A stretch of 62,943 nt of DNA, counting the filler, from Basidiobolus meristosporus CBS 931.73 (taxonomy: Eukaryota; Fungi; Basidiobolomycota), in assembly GCA_002104905.1 (NCBI GenBank). It is 4 parts of 4 records of this genome, joined end to end, with 100 filler letters (N's around TTAATTAATTAA, not from the genome) between each part and the next. Parts side by side here need not be neighbours in the genome. Positions count along the whole stretch, not along the records: positions 1 to 16,453 come from MCFE01001124.1; 3 more parts are not named here. One strand, given 5' to 3'. Position 1 is the stretch's first letter. The number at the start of each line of letters is the position of its first letter. This document shows, piece by piece, positions 1 to 13,380 of this stretch. The notes under the pieces are model-generated. The model was not told the DNA's origin. It saw only the letters and a list, made by a program, of their open reading frames with translations, and made no database searches. The translations under genes and the position numbers were made by a program.

Positions 1-1540
1 ATCTCACACATTTGCAGCAATACTGTTCATTGTGCCCAGAAAAGCCAGTTATCTTGCAGATGGCTGGGGTATCTCCGATGCAACAATATTATGCATTTGA
101 CATAACAGACGTTTACTGTTATCCTGCTGGAAAGCATACAAATTCTTGCAGCAATGGATACTGGTAGCTTTCCAGGCTGGACAGTGATTTAGGCCCAAAT
201 GCCAGTGATATTACCATCAGATTTTGGCTCTGATACTATAAGATGGGCAGCAAATTCAGGTTGCTGAGAATCAGTAGGCCGCAGGATTTGCTGGTAGAGT
301 ACTTGTTTAATGAGAATTCTTCAAGTACCAAAGCAAATGTATGGTCATTCATACCTTCAAAGTAGCCCTTGATTCCTAGCTGTTTGTAACATTTGCCAGC
401 AAATATATTGGATATGGTTGCACTTCATTGATACTGAGTGTGACACTTTATAGCTATGTAATATTTGATGGACTGCATGAGCTTCTTTAAACAGGGTACA
501 ACTGGAATATATTTGGAGTGTGAACAATGTTTTCCCTCAGTGGTGGTTGATTCCTGACAATTTGACACATTGCAATGGTGGCATTTTTGGGATGTGAATG
601 CCATGCAACTGTCAACACATTAGCAAATGCTGGAATCAGGACAGTTTCTGGGTCATATGTTGCAGCCGCATGACAGTTGTCCACTTATAATCTGTACATG
701 GTAAGTTACATCCCAGCATGACTTTGGCAAGAAGTGGTAATCAATCCTCAAAGCTCCCATTATTAATATCAGCAGAAACTCACCACTTCTCTAGCCACAA
801 CATTACATCATTCACCAGTAGATGGATTACTGGGCTCACTTGGCTCCATAAAGTATCCTTGGCACTTGTTTCAATGGGTGTTGTCTCATTGAATATTGGG
901 ATTGGACCAGGCTCATGTGTGGTACTGTGGTTAGGGAAGATAGACTAACAATCCATCAGTAGGCCTTCATTGTCACAGCCCTCACTCTGCATGCCATATT
1001 CAGAAGGCTGAGGTGAGCCTAAAGGTGTCACAAACTCACCTAACTCAGTTTGCACAAGGTGACAGGTACATCCAGAGGCCATTATAGAAGTATCAACTGG
1101 CTGGCAAGATAATGTTGGTACAGTAGTGACTGATGACTGGCCAAATATTACTTGTGTGGCAAAACACTGGGTGTGAGCCTTGCAATATCTCCTATGCTGC
1201 CTATGTGCTTCATGGCTGAGTGGCTTGCTACAATAGCCACATGGTGATTTTTCTCTTCTTTCATGGTGTTGAGTCAAAGTAGTCTTGTCTATGGGGCAAA
1301 CAGTACAACCTTCAAAAATGTAACACTATTACATCACTTTTTGGTCAATACTGATGAGAACTTAAGACAGACTTGCATCTGAGATATTCCACCTACATTA
1401 ATGTAAGATTCAATGATGACCTGCCATAGTAAGAACATTATGAATGAGGTTGTTGCACCACATACCCATGCATATGTAACACTATTTCCCCTTTGGTTTG
1501 ACTCACTTCCAGAGCTTAGCAATTACATTCTAGTTTCCAC
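1..1540 (-). mobile_element. Decayed CMC/EnSpm (CACTA, Tnp2/Transposase_21-like) DNA transposon remnant
   Basis: Hand translation of the minus strand at 1-480 gives NLLPIL*..ENL-like..AFGPKS..YQYPLLQEF..GDTPAICKITGFSGHNEQYCCKC, matching the NLPP..GP..P..D.PA..K..GF.GH..C..C pattern of Tnp2. The upstream YDPET..NATIA segment is also found at ~18500-18800 and ~33300-33600. Many stops and frameshifts. Confidence 0.7.
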
Positions 1541-1741
1541 CCAGGCCTAGCATATCTAGCACTACTAAGGACATCAAGCCTAGCCTATATAGCAAATCAA
1601 CTCTGTTGTCTTTATAGCCATACCCAGCTATATACAAGACTAAGATTTGACAAGAACCTCTCTGCTAATATTTCTGCCACTCTCTGATAATTCTAAGAAT
1701 ATGCACTTAGTTGTCACTTAGGTTCAGTTAAGCCATTCAAG

Positions 1742-2615
1742 AGTTTTATTAGAGTTTTCTCTTGGATACAACAAGCTGATCTTTGGTCATTTGCGCTAAT
1801 AATCAAAGTTGATGTGTTAATATCTCCTGCAGTAAGGCATTGGTGCTTCTTCATTGCAGTTACTTATATTAGCTTCCATATATGATGGAATATAAGTCAA
1901 CCTGTATATATTTGGATTGCTCATTTCCAAAGTAATATGAGTATCATTCTGATCAGTGATTGTACATCCAGAGCTGTCAAAACTGAAACTAAGTCCTTCT
2001 TTGGTGGCCTTGCTCACAGATAGAAGGTTCTTGGCTAACTGGTACATGGAGTACTTCTTTCAAGGTAATTTCATGGCTTCTGTTGCTACATCTGAAGTTC
2101 ACTTGATAGTTCCCTATCCAACCTCAGCAAGTGTTCCATTATCAACTGAGAATACCTTATTTACTGGGATTACCACAGGTTGGGCTAACAATTCTTTTTG
2201 GCCTGTAAAGCTTTGAGATGCTCCAGAGTCAATATACCTTGTGTGAGAATCCTTGTTGGGGTCATATTCAGCTCAGATATTCATAGTCTATCTTCAGTTG
2301 TTGCAGCATGACTATATTCAGGCTTTTTCTGTGGATTATTCCTCTTACTGAGCACCAGTTTGATGTGTGTCCTCTGCAGTTGCAGTAGCTGTTGCCTTTA
2401 AAGGGTCTTAAGTGCCTCCTTTATTGGTCAATGTTTCTAATCAAAGCATTTTCTTCCTCCTTCTAGTTGGTGCTTGATATTCTTAATTCTTCATCTAGGA
2501 GCTTTCTACATTTGTGCACAAGGTTGAATCTAAAGATCTTGACTCTGGGACAGATTCAAGCCCCTGTAACCAATCAGTCAGGCTACTTAGGAGGGTACTA
2601 TCACATCTTCATCAC
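1742..2615 (-). mobile_element. Highly decayed Ty1/copia family A gag/protease fragment
   Basis: ORF 1817-2047 (LAKNLLSVSKATKEGLSFSFDSSGCTITDQN) matches the intact polyprotein at 55282-59253. Confidence 0.85.
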
Positions 2616-5600
2616 TGTTGTAACAGTCTTGAAGATATTGGAAGAGATTGGGAGGACAAGTAGATTATGTGGTTTTCACTTAGTGATTTATTCAATGTAA
2701 AAGTAGTATTTATACTTTTGCATAGTCTTAACATTACAAGCACGTAAAATAGGCCAAGGAAGCTCCCAAGAGCATGTATGCAAAGCTTGAGGCTGTTAGG
2801 ACAACTTTGAGAATTTTCATGTTCTGGTTACCCAGTATATTGATGAGTATATTCTAGGTATATCCCATCAAGGTACTTGGTCAGTATTCTCCAGGATTTG
2901 AAGGTAATGATCTAAGTGACTATTTTATGTAAATATTTAGTTGGAATTACAAATCTTTACAGCACTCCCACTCAGCAAAATGCTCATACTGACTAGTCCT
3001 AATTTTGACCTAGGACATTCAAACCTGTCTCTAGCTAATGGTTTGGTAAATATGTTTGCAAGCATTTCATCTGTAGGACAGTAAGCCAAGTTAACTACAT
3101 TGCTCTCTATAGGTTTATGTATGAAATGATGTCTAATATCTAAGTACTTAGTTTTAGCATGAAAAGTTGGATTTCTACCTAGTTGTGTACATCCTTGATT
3201 ATCTTGAAATAAGGTAATAGGTGTTTTTTGACATAGGCCTAAATTGGTAAAAAGCCTTCTTAACCACATTGCTACTTTTGTAGCTTCACAGGCCGCCATA
3301 TACTCTGCTTCTGTGGTAGAAAGTGTTATGGTTGGTTGCTTTCTTGAATTCCATGAAATTGCCCCTTTACAGTAAAGAAAGGTGAATCCTGTGGTGGATC
3401 CTCTGTCTTCCAAGCTTTGTCCCTACTCAGCATCAGATTATCCCACAAGATCTTGTTCTAAATCCTTATAAGTGTATCTTAAGCAGATATCAGCAGTTCC
3501 TTTTAGGTATCTTAAAATCCGCTTAACTGCTGCATTATGATCAGATCCATAGTTCTGATTATGTTGGCTGACAACTCCCACTGAATATAAGATATCTGGA
3601 CATGTTCCAAGCATGATATACATCAGACTGCTGACCATGGATTGATAAGGAAAATCAGGGCTTTCAGATGGCACCATGCTCTCTTGATTTGGTTGAGTTT
3701 GACCAAGTTAAGGTTTGTTGGCATTGGGGTAGTTGTCAGTTTAGAGTCTTCCATTTGGTGCTTCTTTAGTATATCTTGAATATACTTGGATTGGCTTAGG
3801 GTGATAGTCTAGGTGCTACTGTCTATGGAGAACTTAATCCTTAAGTAGTAACTGAGTGCTCCTAGATTGAACATCTTGAACTCCTTAGATAGGCTGGATT
3901 TAGTCTCTTCCAATGTTACTGTGTTATTGGCAGCTATAATAAGATCATCCATGTATAGAGCTAATAGGACTGGATTTGCTCTATCAGGCTTATAGTATAT
4001 ACTATAGTCAGCATTACTCCTCTTGAAACTCAAGATTCCAAATAAGAATCTATCTTGCAATTCCAGGCTCTTGGTGATTGTTTAAGACCATATAGTGGGG
4101 GCTATGATGGTCAACAAACCCATCAGGTTGGTCCATATTCATGTCCTCATTAAGTTCTCCACTCAAAAATGCAGTGTTTACATCCATTTGATGAATAAAA
4201 AACTTATATTTGGCTGCAATAGCCAGTATCAATCTGATGGAATTACACTTGGCTACTGGTGCAAAGGTCTCAGTATATTCAGGTAATTTTGTTTGAAGGT
4301 ATCCTTTGGCCACAAGTCTTGCTTTGTATCATTCAAATGTTCCATTAGCCTTGTATTTTTTCTTGAAGATCCATCTTCATCTAATTGACTTTTGGTTGAT
4401 TGGTAATTTGACCAAGTCCCAATTTTGATTTTCCATGAGGGCCTTATACTCCTCAGTCATTGCAGATCTCCAAAACTTTGTCTGAGGGGTATTTAGGGCC
4501 TCTTTGACAGTCTGGGCTCATCAATATGGACTGAATAGGCATAGGCTAAGTTTGTACCCTCATTGATATAGTAATTTGGGCTATTTCTTGTCCAATTGGG
4601 TCTCCAAGCATTTGATAATGGAATGTTCACTTCTGAGATATTCCTGGACCCTGCTTCAGGCTGAACCACAGGTGTATAGTTCTCTGGAGTGAAAATATTC
4701 ATTGTTTTGCTCTGATTCAAACCTACCAATTGGTGGTCTTGAGATCAGAGTTTTATCATCATCATATGTCATTTTTAGGGAAAATTTTGAATATTCATCA
4801 AACAACAAACCCTGGACTTGATTTGCTTCTTTATTTTGGCTTGTAGAGTCTGTATGCTTTACTCTCATTGCAGTAACCCAAAAATATGTATTTTACACAT
4901 TAGACTTGTTCTGTTAGATAGGGCCACATTGAGCCAGGAGTGCCAAATGATGCCATAGTGTGCCAGAGAGGCCAAGTGCACCTATACTTGGCCACAGAGT
5001 GTGAAATATGGATCTGCATCTTCATGCAAAGCAGCCCCTGTGTTTCACCTATGATGCAGGAGAAAATCCATTTTTGGTATTTTTGAGTGGACCAAGATAG
5101 TGCCATTCATTTTTGTGACCTGATACAAGCTACAGGAGCTAGATTCAGAGTGCCATGTGTATTGAGTACCAAATGCATGTCTTCAGTCCTTCTGTCCTCT
5201 TACACATCCTACACAACACTGATCCAACAAAAAAGGTCAAAAAATGGATTTTCTCCAACACAAAGAGTGAAACACAGCGGCTGCTTTGCATGAAGATGCA
5301 GTGCTATGTTTCACACTTTGGGACCAAGTTTAGGTCTGCTATATCCTCTCTGGCATGCAATGGCACTATTTGGCACTCATGGCTCAATGTGGCACTATCC
5401 AATGGAACAAGTCTATTTTGGCTCACATTTTGACCAATTTCTGGACAGCTTCTTGGCATATGCTGCACACCCAAATATTCTTAGATGTTCTGCACTTGGT
5501 CTGTGTCTATACCATGCTTCAAATGGGGTAGAACCACAAAGTATTCTGTTATAACTCCTATATCTAAGGTATGTGGCAGTAGCAACTGATTCCGCCCAAA

Positions 5601-7340
5601 AATCATAGGATAATTTTTAATCATGGATCATAGATCTTGCCATATCATTTATTGATTTGTTAGCACATTCTGCTACTTCATTTTGCTGTGGGGAGTATGG
5701 TACAGTAGTCCCTTGCTTTATCCCATGAATTTTGTAGAAGTGGATGAAGAGTTTTGAGGTATATTCTCCACCATTGTCAGAGCATATTTTCTTAATTTTT
5801 TCACCAGTCTCTCACTCCACCTTAGCTTTGAAATCCCAACGCTTAGACAGAGCATTTTTCTTTCTATCCATGCAGTAAGTCCATGTGTATCTTGTAAAAC
5901 TATCAATAAAAGTGATTAAATACTTCATCATGCCTGATTATAAAATTTGCCTAGGCCCACATATATCTGAGTGAATTAGATCTAATTTTTTCATTGTTTT
6001 GATCAGCCCAGAGCTCTCAAACAGTTGTCTGGCTTGTTTCCCATATATGCAGGCTTCACAGTGCTCCAAATTAGCTGGGGGATCAACTTTTACTCCAGAA
6101 ATTAGCTGATCTTTGATCATTTTGGGCAAATAATCAAAATTGATGTGCCAAAATCTCCTGTGCCAAAGCATTGGTGTTTCTTCATTTAAGTTACTTATAT
6201 TGGCTTCCAGATATGATGGAATAAAAGTTAGCTTGAATAGATTCAGATTGCTGATACCCAAAGCAATATGGGCACCATTTTGATCAGTGATCTTGCATCC
6301 AGAATTGTCAATGCTGAAGCTGAGTCCTTTGCTGTGTCCTTGCTTACAGATAGTAGGTTCTTGGCCATTTGTGGTACAAAAAGTACTTCTGTGAAAGTCA
6401 GTGTATGGCTTCCTTCACTGCTTCTTAGGTTTACTTGGATAGTTCCTTCTCCCACTGCATCAAGTGTTCTATTGTCACCCATGAACACCTTCTTAATTAG
6501 AATTTCTTGATAGTAGGTGAAAGTTCTTTTTGGTGTGTAAAGTGTTGAGATGCTCCAGAGGCAATATACTACATCTGAGAATCCTTGTTTGTGGTCATAT
6601 TTAGTGCAGCTATGAATAGTCTATCTTCAGCTGTTGCTGCATTTTCATATTCAGGCTTCTTTTGCTGATTATCTCTCATTTTGAGACACTGATCAGATGT
6701 ATGCCCTTTCCTTTTGCAGTAGTCGCAAAACAGATTGCTGTTGCCTTTGTAGGGCCTTGGGTACCTCCCTTGTTAGTTATCATTGCTTATTAATGCATTT
6801 TTTCTTCCTTCTTATTGGTGCTTGATTTTCTTAATTTTTCATCCAGGAGCCTTCCATATATGTAATTTAAGGTCAAATCTTCAGTTCTGGGCTCTACAGC
6901 TGATACAAGGCACTGAAACCTGTCTGTCAGGATACTCAGGATGGCAACTATTACATCCCCATCAGTAGTTGATACACCCACAAATTCCATTTCATCTACC
7001 TGTAGGGTAATTCTGTTAATTAGATTTTTTATTTCTTCTCCTGGGAGCATCTTTATAGTAGAGAATCTTTGTCTCAAATACATTTTCTTAGCAGCTGAAC
7101 ATGACTGGTAGGTGTCTTCTAATGCCTTCCAGGCATTCTTTGCAGCTTTTGCTCTTGAGCATTGAATTTGCAATTTGTTCTTAACATTAATGCAAATGCA
7201 GTTAAAGGGACTTTGTTCTTTCTCCTGCTACTTTATGGCTACCTCTTCTACGCTTTTAGGAGGGCATTCTTCTCCCATGACACTATCCCAAAGGCTTCTT
7301 TCTTGTAGCAGCATCTGTGGTAATGGAGAGTATTTTGTTA
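2616..7340 (-). mobile_element. Decayed Ty1/copia family A copy (3' LTR about 2616-2964; 5' end lost), interrupted by a MITE
   Basis: Fragmented ORFs match the RNase H, RT, IN, PR and gag of the intact copy. PPT revcomp (ctcccactc) sits next to the LTR. Confidence 0.9.
4902..5414. mobile_element. MITE/foldback element with about 150-bp TIRs (AGACTTGTTC...), 3-bp TSD ATT
   Basis: Left end agacttgttctgttagatagggccacattgagcc mirrors right end ggctcaatgtggcactatccaatggaacaagtct. Removing it plus one ATT restores the host copia (ttttacacattttggctc). Confidence 0.85.
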
Positions 7341-7989
7341 CTACAATAGCTCTAAACCAATACTGCACTCATTTCTTTATTTTGCTTTTGCTATTGTAAC
7401 ATACAAGTGAAAGATCAAGATTTTCCAACTTTGAAGAACAAATGCTCCAGACCCTAACAAGCAAACCACACAAGAATATTATGTCATACAGTACACATAG
7501 AAGTCAACACATATTACAAATTACAGCTCATTTGAAGCAGTACTTAAGGAGTTATGACTAAAAGAGTCCAATTATTTTTTATACTATGACTTATTGCTAG
7601 GATTACTATGGTGACTTTGATTGCGTGTAACTCTTGAACCAGCCAATCAAATCACGTGAAATTCACACAGGTGCTGCGCCTATGTCCAATCTGCGCCACT
7701 GCAATATTTTAGCTTTGTATCACACGTATTACTTGTGCAATCACCCAAAAACTTTGATCCTTCAAAATTTTCATACATATAACTTCTCCAGCTGAAAAAT
7801 AAACAGAGAGCCTCTCTTTCCAGAATCTCCACACTACAAGTACAAGCTTAAAGGCTATAAGACTTCCCCTGCATCACCTGCACTGTTGAGTATTCTGACT
7901 TTGATTGGTACTACATCAGTAAAGAGACTGCAAAGCTCACAAGAATCCAATCTTAGTTCTACAAGAAACTACCACTTTTCTGTTGGAAA

Positions 7990-8235
7990 AGTCCCCTCTA
8001 AGAAACCCCTTCACTCTAAAGACACCCATTTAGACACCCCTTTAGTCTAAAGACCCCTTTAGGGATCTCTTTAAGAAACCCCTTTACTCCAAAGAAGCCC
8101 CTTTAGGCACCCCTTTAGTGTAAAGTCCACTTCCAAGACCATTACATGAAGTCCCTTTACTCTAAAGACACCCCTTTAGACACCTGTTTAGGTCTAAAGA
8201 CCCCGTTAGAGACTGCTACAACACACCCCTTCAAG
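7990..8235. repeat. Degenerate tandem repeat, three 73-bp units rich in cccctttag
   Basis: Units begin actctaaagacaccc at 8013, actccaaagaagccc at 8086 and actctaaagacaccc at 8159. Confidence 0.75.
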
Positions 8236-8564
8236 TTAAAGGGGAGCTCAGAATTTCCATATTAGGAAATACTTTCTCAGAAAGGAAAGTGACTTCCAAA
8301 TAAGGAAAAGTTACTATAGAACTAAATAAGCCCATTAGTCAACAGAAGGTCAGAACACCGCTTTAGAAGTGATAAACACTGCCTACAGTATATTTTAAGC
8401 CTAAGATTGAGGAAATTAGTGAAAGTTATATTTTCTATCAGTATATCAAACTCCCAATAAACTATTTCAGTGTTAGCATACTGGAAGTTATTGTATATTA
8501 TTGATTAACCTCTACATTGTAGAGCGAGCCCCAAACTAATCATAATATAACACCACACAACTTC

Positions 8565-9290
8565 ATCTTCACCTTCCACACTTGGTGGTTAGATCCATCC
8601 AACTTTTCAGCAGAGGGAAAATTCCAGTAATAGTAGTAGTAGACATTGCAGAGAGTGACATCTTGGGGCTCATAACCTGTTGTAAGCGTCTTGGAGATAT
8701 TGGAAGTGACTGGGAGAACAAGTAGATTATGTGGTCTTCACTCAATGATTCATTGAATGTAAAAGTAGTATCTATACTTTTACATGGTCTTGGCATTACA
8801 AGCACGTAAAAAAGGCTAAGGAAGGTCCCAAGAGCCTGTGTGCAAAGTTTGAGGCTATTTGGACAACTTTGAGATTTTTCATGTTCTGAGTACCTGGTAT
8901 TTTGGTGAAAATATTCTAAGTAAATCCCAAGAAGGAATTTGGTCAGTATTCTCTAGGATTTGAAAATAATGGTCTATGTGACTAAGTTAGGTGAATATTT
9001 AGGTAGAATTACAAATTTCTACAACAACTTTAAGGCTTCCTCTCCCACATTTTTGACAGGGCATTCTTCACCCATGACAATATCTCAGAGGCCACTTTCT
9101 TGCAGCAGCATCTTCATCTTCACCTTCCACACTTGGTAGTTAGATCCATCCAACTTTTCAGCTGTGGGAAAAATTCCAGTTGTAGCAGTAGTAGACAATG
9201 CAGAGAGTGACAGCTCAGGGCCCATAACCTGCTGTAAGAGTCTTGGAGATATTGGAAGTCATTGGGAGGACAAGTAGATTATGTGGTTTT
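8565..9290 (-). mobile_element. Two copia family A 5' fragments (PBS + LTR + gag start)
   Basis: PBS revcomp gggctcataacc at 8666-8677 abuts the LTR (tgttgtaag). A second fragment with gcccataacc lies near 9220-9230. Confidence 0.8.
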
Positions 9291-9373
9291 TGTTGTAAAA
9301 AATTGTAATTACACCTAAAACTCACCTAACTTAGTCACTTAGATCATTACCTTCAAATCCTAGAGAATACCAA

Positions 9374-10444
9374 TGTGGTGGTGTATAGGTCCAAGGGAGA
9401 GATACACCCAACACTTCTCAAGTGTTTTGTGTGTGGGGTGTTCACTGGGTGTAATAATCTCTGGCAAAAGCTTGCTAGGAATACTTGGGTTCTGTCTCTA
9501 ATCTAATGTGAAGGGGAATAAAGCCACATGCTTGTCAAGGGAAAACTATTGAGCTACACTCCCCAACTTAGTTGGCGTCTTAACAAAAGTATATGCTGGG
9601 TTCAGCATCCTTTGAGATGACAATGTACTAAAGCTTCCAAAGTCAAAACAACTGTAAACTCCACCAGCAGGGACTTGATAAGAATGCAGCTGTGGTCAAT
9701 AGTTACAAAGACAGAAAAGTATCTTTGCCTGTACAAGAACAAACTTGGGAAAGAATCAAATATAATAAAAGATACCTACTCTGAGTATTCCTCACAAGTA
9801 GTGCCTCCAAGGTCAGTTGGCTGTCAGCGTGGTTTCCTGGCAGTGTCCTGTGGTCTGGGGTTGGAAGTTCAGGTAGCAGCATGTAGTAGTGATCACACTA
9901 ATCAACAAGTTGGTATATTGATGAAAGGGATGATGATTTATTGTTGAGGGAAGGCTTCCCTTATATACTTTTCTTACAGGCTAAGTGATTACTAATCATG
10001 GTGTTCCAGAAGGTTCCAGATATCACTAGAAATCTTAATGACATCAGAATGACCAAAGAATGTTCTAAGTAGGTGCTAGAAGGTTCTAAGAGGCACAGCA
10101 CATCCAACCAATCAGGAATCAGTATTCTGAAACCTGTGTAACATGGGGATACCATATATGGTATGGGAATGGTAGGGATGGTGACATGGGTTGATCATGT
10201 GTCACAGGTACTGGCGCGGGTACTTGCCTAGTATAGAAGTACTTATAGCTAGTAATCATACATAAAGTGAGGGGTAACTTATGCAATAAGGTAAGCAGGT
10301 GTGATAGTCAACCGGCTTATGGGATAGTACTGATTGGGTAAGACAAATGGGATAAAACTAAAATAAGTGTAGTAGAGATATAGGGAAGTAGAAAATAAGG
10401 GAATGAGCACATCTGTCAGTGGGTGACACTGTCACCCCACTACA
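9374..10444. mobile_element. Solo LTR-like element (TGTGG...CTACA), 4-bp TSD CCAA
   Basis: CCAA at 9370-9373 and 10445-10448. The flanks rejoin into the copia A LTR. Confidence 0.8.
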
Positions 10445-10665
10445 CCAACCATATTCCTTGTTGGGATTTACTTAGAATATTTTCACCAAAATACCAGGTG
10501 TTCAGAACATGAAAAATCTCAAAGTTGTCCAAATAGCCCCAAACTTTGCACACATGCTCTTGGGACCTTCCTTAGCCTATTTTACATGCTTGTAATGCCA
10601 AGACCATGTAACAGTATAAATACTAGTTTTGCATTCAATAAATGATTGAGTGAAAACCACATAAT

Positions 10666-10876
10666 GGACTTGTTCCATCATTCCAGCCAATCATGGTGCC
10701 TAATAGTGCCATAGCATGCCAGATGGTGCCTGATCATGCCACAGAGTGCCAGATGGTGCCATATAGTGCCAATTTAGGATCAAAATTGACATGCATATGA
10801 CCCTAAAATATCAAATTAATAACAAAATATACAGCACTTTCTGGTACTATGATCAATGGCACAATGGAACAAGTCT
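10666..10876. mobile_element. Short MITE of the AGACTTGTTCC family, 3-bp TSD AAT
   Basis: aat|ggacttgttccat ... atggaacaagtct|aat. Internal gtgcc/ggcac repeats. The flanks rejoin as cacataatctacttg of the copia LTR. Confidence 0.85.
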
Positions 10877-12577
10877 AATCTACTTGTTCACCCAATCACT
10901 TCCAGTACCTCCAAGACTCTTACAACAGGTTATGAACCCCAAGATGTCACTCTGTGCAATGTCTACTACTGCTATTACTGGAATTTTTCCTTCTGCTGAA
11001 AAGTTGGATGGATCTAACTACCAATTGTGGAAGATGAATATGAAGATGCTGCTACAAGAAAGAGGCCTTTGGGATATTGTCACGGGAGAAGAATGCCCTC
11101 CTAAAAACATGGGAGAGGAAGCCTTAAAGTACCAGAAGAAAGAACAAAGTGCCTTTAACTGCATTTGCCTTAATGATCAGGACAAATTGCTAATTCAATG
11201 CGCAAAAGCAAAAATGGCAAAGAATGCCTGGAAGGCATTGGAAGACACCTACCAGTCATGTTCAGCTACTAAGAGAATGTATTTGAGACAAAATTCTTCA
11301 CTACAAAGATGCTGCCAGGAGAAGAAATGAAATATCTAATTAACAGCATTACCCTGCTGGTATATGAGAGGGAATCTGTGGGCATACTAACTACTGATGA
11401 GGATGTGATAGTTACCATCCTGAATAGCCTGACAGACAAGTTTCAGGGTTTTGTATCAACCCAAGAGTCCAGAACTGAAGATTTGACCTTAAATTATGTA
11501 TATGGAAGGCTACGGGGTGAAGAATCAAGAAAATCAAGTGGAAATAAGAAGAAAGAAGAAAATGCTTTATTACGCAATGATAACCATCAAAGGGGGTACC
11601 TTAGACCCCATAAAGGCAACAGCAACCTGTTTGTAACTACTACAAAGGGAAAGGACATACATCAGACCAGTGCTTCAAAAAAAAGATAATCAGTAAAAGA
11701 AGCCTGAATATATCAATGCAGCAACAACTGAAAATAGACTATTCATATCTGCACTAAATATGACCACAAACAAGGATTCTCAGATGTGGTATATTGCCTC
11801 TGGAGCATCTCAACACTTTACACACCAAAAAGAACTTTTTACTCAATATCAAGAATTTCCAATTAAGAAGCTTTTCATTAGTGACAATAGAACACTTGAT
11901 GCAGTGGGAGAAGGAACTATCCAAGTAAACATAAGAAGCAGTGAAGGAAGCCATACACTGACTTTTGGAGAAGTACTCTTTGTACCAGAAATAGCCAAGA
12001 ACCTACTATGTGTAAGCAAGGCCACAACAGAAGGACTCAGCTTCAGCTTTTACAATTATGGATTCAAGATCACTGATCAAAATGGTGCCCATATTGCTTC
12101 AGGTATCAGAGATTGGAATCTATACAAGTTGACTAATATTCCATCATGTTTGGAAGCCAATATAAGTAACTTAAATGAAGAAACACCAATGCTTTGGCAC
12201 AGGAGATTTGGGCACATCAATTTTGATTATGTGCGCAAAATGATCAAAGATCTGCTAATTTCTGGAGTAAAAATTGATCACCCAGCTAATTTAGAGCACT
12301 GTGAAGCCTGCATATATGCAAAACAAGCCAGACAACTGTTCAGGAGCTCTGGGTTGCTCAAAACAAAGAAAAAATTTGATCTAATTCACTCAGATCTGTG
12401 TGGACCTATGCAAAATTTATCCATAGGTGGGATGAAGTATTTAACCACCTTCATTGATGATTATACAAGATACATGTAGGCTTACTTCATGGATAGAAAG
12501 GAAGAAGCTCTGTCTAAGTTCAGGGAGCTCAAAGCCATGGTGGAGAGAGAAACTGGAGAAAAAATAAGAAAATATGC

Positions 12578-13380
12578 TGTGGTGGTGTAGAGGTACTCCT
12601 GGGAGAAGCTACACAACTCAAGGTGTGTGAGGTGTCTGATGGGTGCAATAATCTCTGTGTCTAAACTGCTGGCGTCTATGTTAATATGTCACTATGGTAA
12701 AAGCTCCTGCTTCTCCAGCTTCCTAGATGCTCAAAGTGTCTTCAAAGGCCTCTGTGCGTCTTGTGCACTACCCTGAAAAGCTCCTTGATGGCAGGTCTGA
12801 GATATACTGTTGAAGGCAGGTGTAGTGATCAACTGCTAATCAATAAGGTAGAAGTGTTACTGATAGAAGGGATGATTTATTGGTGAGGGATTGCTTTCCC
12901 TTAAATACTTTTCCTGGTTGCCAAGTGATTACTAATGGCAAGGTTCTGGAAGGTCCTAGGCATCAGTGGAGTTCTTGATGACATCACTATCAGCTAAAAA
13001 TATGCCAAGAATGTCCTGGAAGGTTCTAAAGGCACAGCACATCCAACCAATCAGGAATCAGTAGTCTAGCACCTCTGCAACGTAAAAATACTACATATGG
13101 TATTGAAATGGTAGGGAAGGTAACACAGACCTAGTTCATGTGTTACAGGTACTGACGCAGGTACTTGCCTTTTGTAGATACATACACTGATCACTAAGCT
13201 GAATAACATCTGGGATAACTAATGCTAATTACCAATCAGAGTAAACATCATATGGGGATAATACTGATAATATGGGCAAAAGAAGAATGGGATAATATTG
13301 ATAAGATAAAATATGGATAAGTATATCATAATGGCTATATAAATAAACTTGTCTGTGGGAGGTATGTTTACCCTACCACA
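12578..13380. mobile_element. Solo LTR-like element (TGTGG...CCACA, 803 bp), 4-bp TSD ACGC (left copy ATGC)
   Basis: The flanks rejoin to aaaatacgctct(g/a)ac, the RSDNGG codons of the copia integrase. Confidence 0.85.

Noticed and set aside
945-1277. CGYCSKPL..YCKAH resembling the CxC6 cluster of KDZ transposons
   Set aside because: The collinear downstream sequence has Tnp2 (CMC/EnSpm) motifs, and the second copy does not keep the cysteines.
10681-10780. Short gtgcc-spaced repeats that superficially resemble a CRISPR-like array
   Set aside because: Units are 9-11 bp subterminal repeats of a MITE in a eukaryotic genome; no repeat-spacer structure or cas genes.
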